Shown here one piece after another: positions 28,999-43,580 of a stretch of DNA of 64,000 bases. The translations under genes were made by a program, and so were the position numbers. The first letter of the stretch is position 1. Each line of letters opens with the position of its first letter. This stretch comes from the human T2T-CHM13v2.0 reference genome, Homo sapiens. The stretch lies in the NCBI RefSeq assembly GCF_009914755.1, contig NC_060939.1; one strand, written 5' to 3'. Under the pieces are notes generated by a model. It did no database searches and was not told where the DNA came from. It saw only the letters and a program-made list of their open reading frames with translations.

Positions 28999-30202
28999 AT
29001 TAATATAAAATGTGGAACTTTTCGCTAGTGGAGATGAATGAATATACTGTGCAGATTTATGGAAGTATGACATCTAAAAAGACCAGAATAGTTCCTAAGT
29101 GAAAAGCGGAAGGATATGCCCTAGAAGAGGGCATAACTGAATGTGTGGGGAAGGTTTTCAAACTTTACTCCTTCTAATGCAAACCTCTGTGACCCCTTAC
29201 AACCCCTTCCTCTGGATGGGTATCATTCCATATCATTACAGGCAGTACTGAGAGGGAGATTACAAATTGTAAACATTTTCAGAGGTGGGGGGAGAAAAGA
29301 TGGAAACCATAAAGACACAGCTATATAAAAGGTTAATTGCATATATATTTGGTTATGGTAATTTCTGTATATATGCTTCATATCTTTTACAGTCAGTGTG
29401 TTAGTGGCAAATAAATACGTAGAACTTACTTCAAAATATTTTGTTGTTTCTTAAAGTGCCTAATTGTACCATAGTCCAACACGAAGCCCTTTTATAAGAG
29501 AGATGGAAGAGCATGCAGAATCTAATCATTAGATTCAATAAGTAAATATGTATTGAGTACTGATGAAGTACCAACTAAACATTATGATTCATTTTGATAA
29601 AACAAGCCAGTCACATTAGTAAGAAACAGCTCACTCTGGCTGGAGAACTTGTTCCCTACTTTCACAAGGTTGACTTCTTAATCCGATCAAATGAAAATGT
29701 CATGTTCACCAGAAAGGCCATTTCTGATCATCTAATTTATAGACTGAACACCCCTCACCCTGTCATTCTACTTTACAGCACCTTGTTCTGTTCACAATTT
29801 ATAATTGTATTATCACTTGTTTACTTGATTAATGTCTGTCTCACTCATAGATCGTGAACTCCATGAAAGCAAGAATCAAATCTGTTTTGAAGCACTCCCA
29901 GCATTGAGGGAAATACCTGAAGTAGAAGGCATTCAGTAAATACTTGTGGAGTGAATGTATATATTCTTGCTCTATATGTGAAAACACCATTTATTCATAC
30001 AGTTAAACTATGATGTCACTATTATGTCAGATTATTATAATGTCATATTCATTAACAACGAGACCCATAGTAAAAACAAAAATGTATTTGACAAACTGTT
30101 CATTAGTAGGAAATTGAGTTTAGTATAGATGAAATTTTCAGGTAAGATATTCTTATCTTTTTGAAGATATGACAGCATATTTAAGCTTTGGGCAAGGCAG
30201 AC

Positions 30203-30497
30203 TTTTTTTTTTTTTTTGAGACAGATTTTCACTCGTTGCCCAGGCTGGAGGGCAACGGTACGATCTCGGCTTTCCGCAACCTCCGCCTCCCGGGATCAAG
30301 CAATTCTTCTGACTCAGCCTCCCGAGTAGCTGGGATTACAGGCATGCGGCACCACGCCCGGCTAATTTTGTATTTTTAGTAGAGATGGGGTTTCTCCATG
30401 TTGGTCAGGCTGGTCTCAGACTCCCAATCTCAGGTGATCTGCCCGCCTTGGACTTCCAAAGTACTGGGATGACAGGCGTGAGCCACTGCGCCCGGCC
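30203..30497 (-). mobile_element. AluS
   Basis: antisense dimer. Confidence 0.9.
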
Positions 30498-31910
30498 TGG
30501 GCTATTTTTGTTTCCCACAGATGTTTACACCAGAATGGCTGTTGCCCGGTTTGATTGCGCCAGTGTCTGACAGCTGTGTGGTGCCTGTATCATAACAGTT
30601 GTTAAATAATTTGAATATATAATGTTTAAATATGTAGCTTGTCTTTGATCTTTTGACAACAGAGATAGCTTCATTTACCTAAAGGGGTACTGATTTTAAA
30701 AATTAATTCATTTGAATTTAAACACAGCATATGCTAGACAAAACTCTTAGGGAAAGAATATGTATATACGTGCATGTAAACCACACAGACTGAAAGAGAA
30801 GCATTCAGTACATAAATTATTAGGCTCAAGTAGGAGGTTACTATAGAGTTAGCTGCTACTTATTTTCAGAATTTGATTTTATATTTTGAATTGGAAGAAT
30901 GCCGATCTGGGAGTCAAAAACTCTTAATTTTGAGCCATGGATGCATAACCTTGGGTATTTTAATATTGGGCTTAGTTTACTGGTTTGCAAAAGAGATGAG
31001 TGGACAAGATATCTTTAAAGTCTATTCTAGGCATGAATTTTCATGATTCTGCAGTATATGTTCCTTTTAAGAAGTGAGACATTACCAGGATAAATATAGG
31101 AAAAACTAGTAGTATCCCCTTACCCCCTCACCCTCCTGAGTAACCAATTTAATATGCACAGAACATCCTTCTATCATCCTTTTTGGTACACACAAACATA
31201 TATAAACAAAAATAAATGTATGTAAGCTTTCTTGCCTGAAAAAAGTAAAATAAAATATACATTATTCAGATGTGTTTCCCTGCTAATAGACATCTGAATG
31301 TCTTCAGTTTTTATTTTTGTCACTATAAATAATATTTCAGTAAACACCATTGTAGAAGTATCACTATATGCTGATGCTTTTGTTTTTTTTCTGTCAGATA
31401 CATTTTTGAAAATAGGATTTTTGGGTCAAAGGTATATGCAGTTTTCATTTTAATAGATAATTGCTAATTTATTTCTAAAATATTTGTGGTGATTTAGAAT
31501 GGTAACAGTGCCAATTGCCAGCACTGAGTTAATATTTTGTTTTCTATTGCTGCTCACCTGAAGGCTAAAAATGATGCCATTTTAGTTTAATTTGAATTAT
31601 CTAGATTTTGTTGGAACAAGAAAAAAGAATTCTACTTGCATCTCTTCAAATGATGGGTCTGCATACCGTCTACTATGAATTGGCAATTCGTAGCCTTTGC
31701 ATATGTCCATTTTAATATGATCAACTTTTAGATATTATATATACTGTAAATATTTTTTCCAGTCTTTAGTTTGTCTTTCTGCTATGGTTTACATAGCGAG
31801 ATATACTTGTTTTTTATAAAATAGGTGGTTTGTTTTCTGTCGTTCTTAAGTGAGAAGATCTTCACCAAGGGCTTCCTTCTGGAATTTTTATAGGTTTATT
31901 TAAAAATATT

Positions 31911-32232
<322 letters not shown>

Positions 32233-32412
32233 TTAAAAAATATATAAATAGTCTAAATTTGTATTTTTACATGGGGTTTTTAATGGAGATGTACTGAATT
32301 AAAAGCTCATTTTGTCATATATAAGGCTCTTATGTGTACTTGGATGTAATTCTAGATTCCATGCTCTATTCTCTAGATTTGCTTATTCATGTGCCAGTGC
32401 TATACTATTCTA

Positions 32413-35400
32413 TTTTTTTTAAAGGTTTAAAACATTTATCACTAAAGATACTAGAATGTTCTTTGAAAACCTATTAAGACATTTAACTATTCTTTTATGC
32501 TATTCTGATCAAAAGAAAGAATAAAAGTTTAGGAAAGGGAAAAATGCACATTTCTTAAAAAAGTTTATTTCTAGCCCTGAAAGAACAAAATTATTGAACA
32601 AAGTCATAAAATACAGCAGTTAATGTCAATGTATAACAATTAAATAATTGAATGGGATTAAATTAAAAATAAAAGACATTATAAAATTTGAAGACAACAG
32701 AAAAGACAAACTATAATTTTACTTAATTCCATTTCTATCACAACAAGAAAAAAAAGCCAATGCGTTCCAACCAAAGATGCTGAATTCCAAACATAATTGT
32801 TTCTCTTAATAAAGAATAGAAGTGTGCTTGACAGAATTATCATCCATTTCTTTCTGCCTCTGTCTTGGCAGCATTCTAGAGAAGTGAATGGGAAAGACTT
32901 CCATTCTTTCAAGGCCAGGCCAGTGTTTGCTTCTTCTTTCTAACTCCAACCTCGTCTACCACAGCATCTTTGCCAGAGTGTTCAATCAGTGTGTTGACTG
33001 AGAAAAAAGAATGTGTGTATATATTTTTTCTTATATACACACACTATCAAAAAACTGATTTCACCAGTTTCAATACCTACTGTGGGAGCAGCAGAGACAG
33101 GAAGACAATCTGCTTCTTGTATTACTATGAAGTTCCACTATAAAAAACCCCAAATGAGTATTAATCTGGATTTTAGCTATAATCTATAATATTTTGACAC
33201 TGACATTTCACTAGATGTGGATCTCAGTATATTTAAAAAGATTTAGACTCAAAAATGGATGCAAATTCTTTAAGCATCTATTTTGTTTTTTTCTAATTTT
33301 AGCTACTACCTGATCAGATCTAAAATTATTCTGGCTAGAATACAGTATATACAAACGTATTTAAGTGAGTCCTATAAAGAAATACTCATAGGTAGTTTAA
33401 AATTTCTTGTTAAAGGCACAGGCTCATTTACAGTTGGTGGTTACTAGACTCTAAGCAGCTTAACATTTATATGTTAAAGGGAAGAGAATTAGTACTATGT
33501 GCCAGGCACTCGACACATGAAGACAGAGTTGTATTAGCCTCGGTGTCTTACGCTTCACAATTACTCATTTACTATTCTAGGTAGGATAAAATGTTCCATG
33601 TTTCATAGTTTCCCAGTTTTAACTGTCCCTAAAAGCAGCAGAAGAAAAAAGAAAAAGTCTAAAATATAATAAATAAGTACTATAGTAACACTGTCCTAAT
33701 AACACAAGAGGACTATTAAAGTAACTTTTAGATTTAAATGGGAATTTTCATTCTAAAGTGATGACAAAAAGGGTAAATATAAAAGGCAATTATTTAAAAA
33801 ACATGAGGCCAGGTGTAGTGGCTCGTGCCTGTAATTGTAGCACTTTGGGAGGCCAAGGTGGGCAGATTGCCTGAGCTCAGGAGTTGGAGACAAGCCTGGG
33901 CAACATGGTGAGACTCTGTCTCTACTAAAAATACAAAAAATTAGCTGGGTGTGGTGGCACGCACCTGTGGTCTCAGCTACTCAGGAGGCTGAGGCATGAG
34001 AATTGCTTGAACCCAGGAAGCGGAGGTTGCAGTGAGCTGAGATCATGCCACTGTGCTCCAGCCTAAGTGACAGAGTGAGACTCTGTATCAAAAAAAAAAA
34101 AAAATAAAAATAAAAAATAAAAAACATGAATCTTGATTCAGATATAATTTTTCTTTCAACAAGTTCTCAATGTTTTAATTTAAAATTAATAAATCACAAT
34201 TCTGTATTGCTTTTAAGATTTTGTTTAAAAATGACACATCTCAAAATTAACCAAACTATATTTCTGCTAGAGGTTAGTTTATCCATGTAACTTAAGAATA
34301 AACCACAGTGTAGCTCCCTTAACCAAAGAGCCAGGTTTTAATGACTGAAGTCAGCTGCCAGCAATGGACATGCAGGTAACTATCGAAGAAGTTGTAGCTA
34401 CAAATCCCAAACTGCTTCTATCAATGGAAAAGCCCTTTGTTGAGTCACAAGCCTGAAGTGAGGCCTTGGCACATAGTCAGTGAGAATGGTCTTTGACTTA
34501 GAAGGGAAGTGCCTCTGAGTGCATGAGGATCACAGTCTTCTCATCTCGTTGGTTTTCTATTTCATTGGTAGCATCTTCTTTATCATAATCCATCCGTTTA
34601 CAAAGAATGTTAAAATTTGGAACTCAGGTGGCACTGCAGCTTTCTGACAGAAATAAACCAGTTTCTGTAATTCAGTAATAGCTGTAGAAGGCCAATATAT
34701 TCCAGAGAAAAATGAAATCAAGAATTATATTGAAAACAGAGACCATTAAGTGCTCTAAATATGTTTCATTAATTATTTTACTCATTTTTCTGAAAATCTT
34801 GCCTTATCAATAAAAAACAGTCACTTCTCTCCTTATAATTGTATCTTATCATAGATATAGTGGGAATAAAATAATGGAAATAAAACCCTGCTAGTTTCCC
34901 CAATGTATACTACAACAGCAAAATTATTTTTTTATTCATGATTTATACTACTGCAGGATGGCAAGCAGGGGGGAAGTTAATGGGGGAAGGGGATGGTGGG
35001 AACAAAATGCCAGAACCAAACCAAATACTTGAACAACCTATTCCAAAGCAAAACAATGAATAAAGGAGAAGGAGAGGAGATGAAAGAAGAGAAGAGAAAG
35101 GGAGGGGAGGGGAGAAGGGAGGGCACTCAAATAATTAATGCTACAGGTCTCAGATCTTTCAGAATCTTTAAAAGAAACAAATTATTGCTCTCAACACGCA
35201 CATTTCATTTTCCTTTCTTGTTTTTTTACATTAATAGTCTCTACCTATTTGAAAACAAAACAAAAGTAACTCAACATCTCAAATGATCTATAAATTCATC
35301 AAGAAATACTCTGTCACTCAAGTTCTCATAGATAATACCACACTGATGATGACCTGGAGCAATGCCGCCGCCTCCAAGTCTCTACAGTTGATTTCCTATC

Positions 35401-38252
35401 GGCTGCTTCTCTGTAACACTAACATTCTCTTTCATGAGTATAATCTCTTCTCACTATATCAGAGATCACCAAGGTTCACGTCTCTCACTCTGCGCCTGCT
35501 AGTCCCAAATATTGTTCTCCTTTAAGTGGAAAAAAGCTAATTTTAAATTCCCGAAAATTCACTGGTTATTATATTATTTGCCATGGGAGGGGGGTATCTG
35601 TGAGGTGAGAGAGGATTAATGAAAAACAAAAAGAACAAAAATAAACCTAAAATTGCAACATATACAGAAATTTATTTCCAAATTGAAGGGGGAAAGGAGG
35701 GAAGAAGGTAGTGGCACTAACCAAAGTCACAAAGCCCAGGTTGGAATAAGAACAAATCACTTTGGTTCCTAGAGCCAAGCCTGAAGGGGAAACAGGCAGA
35801 AGGGAAGACGAAATGGGAAGAAATACACGGTCAATGGGAATCTTTTTCTATCTCAATGATTTAGTTATAAATAGAGATTATTAGTCTTCTCTCTATACAT
35901 GTAACAAATGCCAAACTTACTACCACAAAATTTCTAAAACTGACTTTTTCACATTTGTTAAAAAAGGTAAAAATCAAATACTTTTCTTCCCTTCCTTCAG
36001 GTCAAGTTCTGAACTAAAATATTACATGTAACAACAGCTGGTCCTAACTTTTATAAAAAGTGAAACTATATAGAGCTCCTTTGCCAACATAAGGAGCTAC
36101 ATAATTTCTATTACACTTACCTAGGCATGAGAAACTCAAAAGCAACTCAAAAGGAGCAAGTCCAGGAAAAGGAAAGCTATGAAGGAGAGAAAGACTAGCA
36201 GATGAAACAAATACTCTGAAAAACTCCAATCTGCCATTCAAGTATTGGAAATACCCCAAAGGGGACAATGAATGGGATCTATTACAACAAAGTCAGCAAA
36301 GTAAAATGCAAATCTCACATATGATAAATGGCCCTGATAGGCGGTTTGCTGAAAGACCTAAGGCTAGTGATTCAGTCCACAATTCCTTTTGGACCCTAAA
36401 GAAGGGGTTCATATAAAAGTCATACTTTTCTTTTTGCAATTTTCTCTTGGTTGTCTTCAGAGAATAGTCATTTGCTTCTTTCATTCAGGTTATGCAGACC
36501 ATTTCTTTAAACCCCCAAAAGAGTAATAATTTTCATATACTAAAAGGCTTCTTGTAGAAAATGGAAAAAAGAATATGAGGCCACAGCAGTGATGTTAACG
36601 GTTACTCTTCATTGCTTCTTTAGCTGCCATGATCAGTGGTGTCAAGCTAGATAACAGTTTGGCTAGTTTCAGGAAAAGATGCTGTAATAATTCTTTGGCT
36701 GAACCCCTTTTTTCCACATCTGTTTCCAAACATCGATTTAAGAAATCCCGAAATATTGGGGAAAGTGTCTCTGGATTCTGAAGTTCTGGGATTCCATTAG
36801 TTGCTATTAGGCACAAGGCCCTCAAGGGATTTTCACTGAGGTATGGAGGCTCTCCTTCTACCATCTCAGTAGCCATGATACCCAGAGACCATACATTGAC
36901 TTTAGGGCCATAAGCCTTCCGTGTAACCACTTCTGGTGCCATCCAGTATGGCGTTCTGACCACGGTACTGCGTTTGCTCTGCTCAGGGGTGATCTGGGCA
37001 CAGAAACCAAAGTCAGTGAGCTTAACCGATCCTTCCATTCCCAAAAGTACACTGTCACTTTTGATGTCTCTGTGGATCACTTGATTAGCATGTAAAAACT
37101 CCAATGCCTGTAAACTCTCTCTGCATACAGCGGCAATCTGTGCTTCATCCATGCAGGTTTCTGTTACCACATCAGTGAGTGACCCCCTAGCAAGGTATTC
37201 CACGACCACAAACAATTCATCTCCTACCAGGTAACTGTCCAAGAAGTTAACTATGTTGGGATTTTTTAATTCTTTCATTACCAGAATCTCATTAATGATC
37301 AATTCCTTCTTTGGCTGTTTCTGTAAATTAATTTGTTTGATAGCAACCTTCTGTCCCAGTGCAACGTCAGTAGCAGTGAAAACTGTACCAGAAGCCCCTT
37401 GTCCAATTTTTTCATATCTTGTATATTTTTTTCTTAGGGTCACCTATGCTCACAATAGTTCTTAGTTTCTCCATAATCTCTTCATCTGTCATCTTAGTCT
37501 TCTTTTTCTGTTTGTCTAAAGACTTGGCACCACCATCAACATTTGAATCACCAACTGGTGCAGGAACAGGGTCAATTACAGACCGTGTGTAAATTGATTT
37601 CATATGATCCGGTGGTGGGGCAATAACGGGAGGGGCAGTCTCTTCATCATCGTCCTCCTCCTCTGTCACTACTGCAGGTGCTTCTGTTCCCTCGGCATTC
37701 AGTGCTGGTGTTCCAGAAGGGAAGCCATCTTTCTCAGGAGGAGTAAAACTCAGATACTTCTGCTTCACTGTGTTGGAGTCGTAGACATCCAGCACAGCCT
37801 GAGGATTCTTCTTTTGCTCTAGTTTGGTGATATTTGAGGTCTGTAGTAATCGAGCCCAGTGTTCTGGCATGCCAGTGAATTCTCCAGTAACAGCATCAAA
37901 GCCAACATGGATGGTGTGTTCAAAATCAGATGGAGGAGAAATTTCTGGCCGTTCCTTTTCTTTCTTTTTACTTCCTTTCTCTGTGCCTGAGAATATGGAG
38001 ATGATTTTATGCCTGGGCTTTTTCTCCTCTGGAACAGAAGGCAAAGGTTTCAAACTGTGATTGGCTGACAAAGGGTCTTTGCCTCCAGTGCTAAAGATGG
38101 TCCTGCTCATTCGCACGGGAGGTGCTGGAGGCTTGTCTTCCAGTTCTCCATTATCACACATGATTCAGAATTATGAAATGGCCCCAGGTGAGGCAAGTTC
38201 CCCACCCCAGTGAGGCGCCTTGGTCAGAGCTCCTGGGAGGTTGCGGAGGCGC
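32413..38252 (-). pseudogene. Processed PAK2 pseudogene (partial 5'UTR, intronless CDS 38161-36595, long 3'UTR, short poly-A)
   Basis: ORFs 37412-38161 ([10 protein letters not shown]..., CRIB) and 36595-37443 (STE20 kinase to ...AMKSNR) match PAK2 with no introns. One extra A in the A-run at 37426-37432. T8 at 32413-32420 with GATAAA 15 nt upstream is the inferred 3' end (less certain). Confidence 0.95.
33807..34122 (+). mobile_element. AluS within the PAK2-derived 3'UTR
   Basis: full dimer; TSD taaaaaacatga. Confidence 0.92.
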
Positions 38253-39648
<1,396 letters not shown>

Positions 39649-40083
39649 GAATGCTGGAAAAGCACAAATGTAACGTTTTATGTGGTGGGACAGCCCTTTC
39701 AAAAGTGTTTTCCACTGCTTATACTGATGAAGGTAGAAAAAAATTTCACTTATTTTAACTCTTCCTTTAAAAACTTCTTTTTGGTGGCTCATGTCATGCA
39801 TACTCCACAAGTCCTGGAAGTTAAATGCTCTTAAATATTTGATGGTCTGGTCTTAGCAAAACGGCAGGTTTTTACTTTTACATTTTTAGCTATGTTTTAA
39901 ATTATTTGTAATCCAGACACTGAAGTTTTATTTTGTTGTGAATTGAATCTGGGCAGAGTGTACAAGGGATCTCTCTGTATTATTTTTACAACTACATGTG
40001 AATCTATAATTATCTCATCAAAAATTCACTGAAAAAGGTATCACGGAGCCCATGTTTGCTGTTACCGTCTTTGCTCCTCCCAG

Positions 40084-40181
40084 GTTACAATGCCCCGTGC
40101 CTCTCAGTGCACAGTGAAAATGCAGCAGACGTTTTTGATGTGAGCTCCACGGAATGGATCCAGACTGTCCCCTTCAACAAG
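40084..40181 (+). pseudogene. Isolated exon homologous to the MRCK/CDC42BPA CNH domain
   Basis: Acceptor gtctttgctcctcccag|G, donor AAG|GTAATT. The 98 nt read (x)YNAPCLSVHSENAADVFDVSSTEWIQTVPFNK, versus recalled CDC42BPA CYNAPYLSVYSENAVDIFDVNSMEWIQTLPLKK. Confidence 0.85.
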
Positions 40182-42796
40182 GTAATTTGACCTTAAGATT
40201 ATGCAACTAATGAGTTAATGACTGAAACGCGGAAACAGAAATAATCCATTGTACATTTACTGTAATGGGTACTTGCTAGTTTGGAGGCTTAACAAAGAGT
40301 ATAAAAAACAAAACCCTACAAAACATTATATTGATTAATTGCATTACTAGTACTAGAGCCATTTGTGACATCTAGTTCCATTATATAAAGTAGTATTGTT
40401 ATAGATAAATATATTATTTATTTATACCATACAGCACAGCAGTTATTTCCCATATTCAGTTTAAAGTTACTTTATCAGTAATTTTTACTTACCAGTATAA
40501 TTTGTTCCTTTTATACTTACCAGTATAAAAAGGAACACTTTACAGGGTAAAAGGAACATTTTTACAGGGTAAAAAAAGAAAAAAGCATATAACCAAGGCT
40601 GTGTTTCAGATTCTCAATAGGATTTCACAATGGTGATGTTTTGCAAAACAAGGACATTGACAGTAACTCCATCTACTTACCTTAGGCAGATTTTCCTAGT
40701 TTTACTTTCACTGTGTGTGTATTAATGTCTGTATAATTCTACCACCTGCGTGAGTTCATGTATCCACCACTAGTCAATATACTGAATGGCTCCAGCACCA
40801 CAGTGGGTCCCTCAAGAGCCCTTTTATAATCACTCCCCCTCCCTCCCACCTCCTTCCGCTTTCCTAACCCCTGGCAATCAGTAACCTCCATTTCTAAAAT
40901 TTTATCATTTCAAAACTGTCTAACAAATGGCGTTATATAGTATTCATGATTTTTATCTGCTAAGTCCAAATTTATTTTTCTAAAAAAACCAAACTTTGGA
41001 TTAGAAACCCAGGAGAATCCCATTGCAATATTCTTATCATATAGCAGCTACATCAAAAAATTTTTGGAATATATACAGTTCAAATAAATAGACAAAAACA
41101 AGTGATGCCCATCAGTCAGATGATAGAGTAACTTCAATTCATATGGTCCAAGTCTGACAAAAATGCATTCTAACACCTGCATCTAACACCAGCTTTATTG
41201 AATAATTTCATCACGTTTCAAAATCTGTGTCTCCTAGACCAGTTGAGCTCACAACAAAAAGCAATTGTAGAGAGTTAGAAAAATATATGAAATTAGTGAA
41301 CAAAACAGTGAAACCTTCCAACCAGGAATGTTTTTGGAACTTTCTTTGTTAGTAATAGTTCCTTATGGTTCCTAAATATTCAACCTCCCAGCATGAATGT
41401 GTCTCCCATCAAAAGAGCCACAGAATAAACACAACCTCTTTTTTCAACATCCCTCTTCCTATGCTCACGTCTCCCATCTTTTTCCCTTGTCTTACAGCCA
41501 AATTCCTGAAAATGTTATTGATATTCCTTGCCCTCCACTTCCCACCCCTATTCACACCTCCATCCAGGGCAATCTGACTTACACCTTAATCACTCCATTA
41601 AAGCTGCTCTCATACAAGTTATCAGCCATCAGTTGTGAAAACCATCTGACCTGTTTGTCTCTTCTTGGCTGCCCAGCGACACCTGACCCTTCTTTCTTCA
41701 GCCCCCACGCTGCTGCTCCCTCGATTTTCCCCACTTCCCTGAATTCTCCTTCCCTGTTTTCTCTGCTCCTCTTCCTCTGGTCGAAGCCCTCTTCCTTTCT
41801 CGCTCTGCTTACTCAGCATGTCCAAAGAGTCAGGCTGACACTACCAGAAGCGAGTCATCGATTTTAGCGTGACAAGTGGGATGGCTAGAGATTGTGTGCC
41901 ATGCACAGTACTGTTCATGAAGTCTTCCTACAACCAGGCTTCAGAGCTCCTTCCCCATTATAGGAAATTCAGGGCATAGAAGTGAAGCAGTATCATGAGG
42001 GAGAACAAAGACAGGTGCAGATTGTGGGACATTATGAAGGACAACAAATCAGTGGCAGGGAGGACTGCTCAGGATGAGAGGACCTTTGTGAGAAAGTGGT
42101 GTGCAGGGTGGACCTTGTCAGGATTCTGATTCCAATAGACAGACTGCAAAAAGAGAAATACTTGTGATAATCAAGTATGTATGACTGTGGACTATGTATG
42201 GGATGATAATCAGAATCATTGAGTACATCTTCAGGAGCGATCACAGCAATGTGATTATGGGAGAAAGTGTCCCTACTTTTAGTGATACATGTTCAAATGT
42301 GTAGAGATGGAACAACATGATGTCAGGGATTTGACTTGAAATATTCCAACAACACAACAACAAAGAAAATACTTCAATGGTCACATCTCTTCCTCCATAC
42401 CCGCCTAGATCTGCTCCACCTTGTGTTTTATGACCTCAGAGTCTATCAGTGGCCTCCGCCCCTTTGCTCAAGTTGGAAACCTGAGAATCATTGCTGATTC
42501 TCTTACATGTCAGCTTCCACTTCCAACCAAGTGTGAAGCTTTTGCAATTTTATCTCCTCAATATTCCTCATATCCTCTCCTCTCCATCCCCACCGCTACT
42601 ATCATACATAATTTTAATTCACAATTTCTCCCGTAACCCCCTAACTGGTCTCTTAGCCTCCAGTAAGTAGTAATTGAATTCCCTTAATTACTAGTGGTGT
42701 GGAGCATTCATTTGTGCGCTTATTTGCCACATGTATCTTCTTTGTTGAGGAACCTGTTCAAATACTCCGCCCATTTTAAAAATTTGGGTTGAGTTG

Positions 42797-43100
42797 GGGA
42801 GCGGTGGCTCACACCTGTTATTTCACCACTTGGGAGGCCAAGGTGGGTGGATCACCTGAGGTCAGTTCAAGACCAGCCTGGCCAACATGGTGAAACCTCG
42901 TCTCTACAAAAATACAAAAATTAGCCAGGCATGATGGCGGGTGCCTGTAATCCCAGCTACTCGCAGGGGTGGGGGTGGGGGATTGGGAGGCTGAGCGGGG
43001 AGAATCGCTTGAATCTGGGAAGCTGAGGTCACAGTGAGCCGAGATTGTGCCATTCCACACCAGCCTAGGCAGCAGAGCAAGACTCCATCTGAAAAAAATA
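42797..43100 (+). mobile_element. AluS with internal G-rich insertion
   Basis: dimer; extra gcaggggtgggggtgggggatt at about 42963-42984. Confidence 0.88.
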
Positions 43101-43184
43101 AAATTTGGGTTATTTATTTTCTTATTATTGAGTTTTTAAAATTCTTCATACATTCTGGATACAAGGTTTTTTTGTCATATCTGA

Positions 43185-43580
<396 letters not shown>

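Noticed and set aside
36595-37443. Stand-alone 282-aa functional kinase gene
   Set aside because: The listed start is GTG within the frameshift region, and conserved catalytic-loop Asn and subdomain IX Asp are substituted.
39690-41020. Further MRCK-like snippets (YTDEGRK near 39720, GLET near 41000)
   Set aside because: Too short and lacking splice context; not distinguishable from chance by eye.
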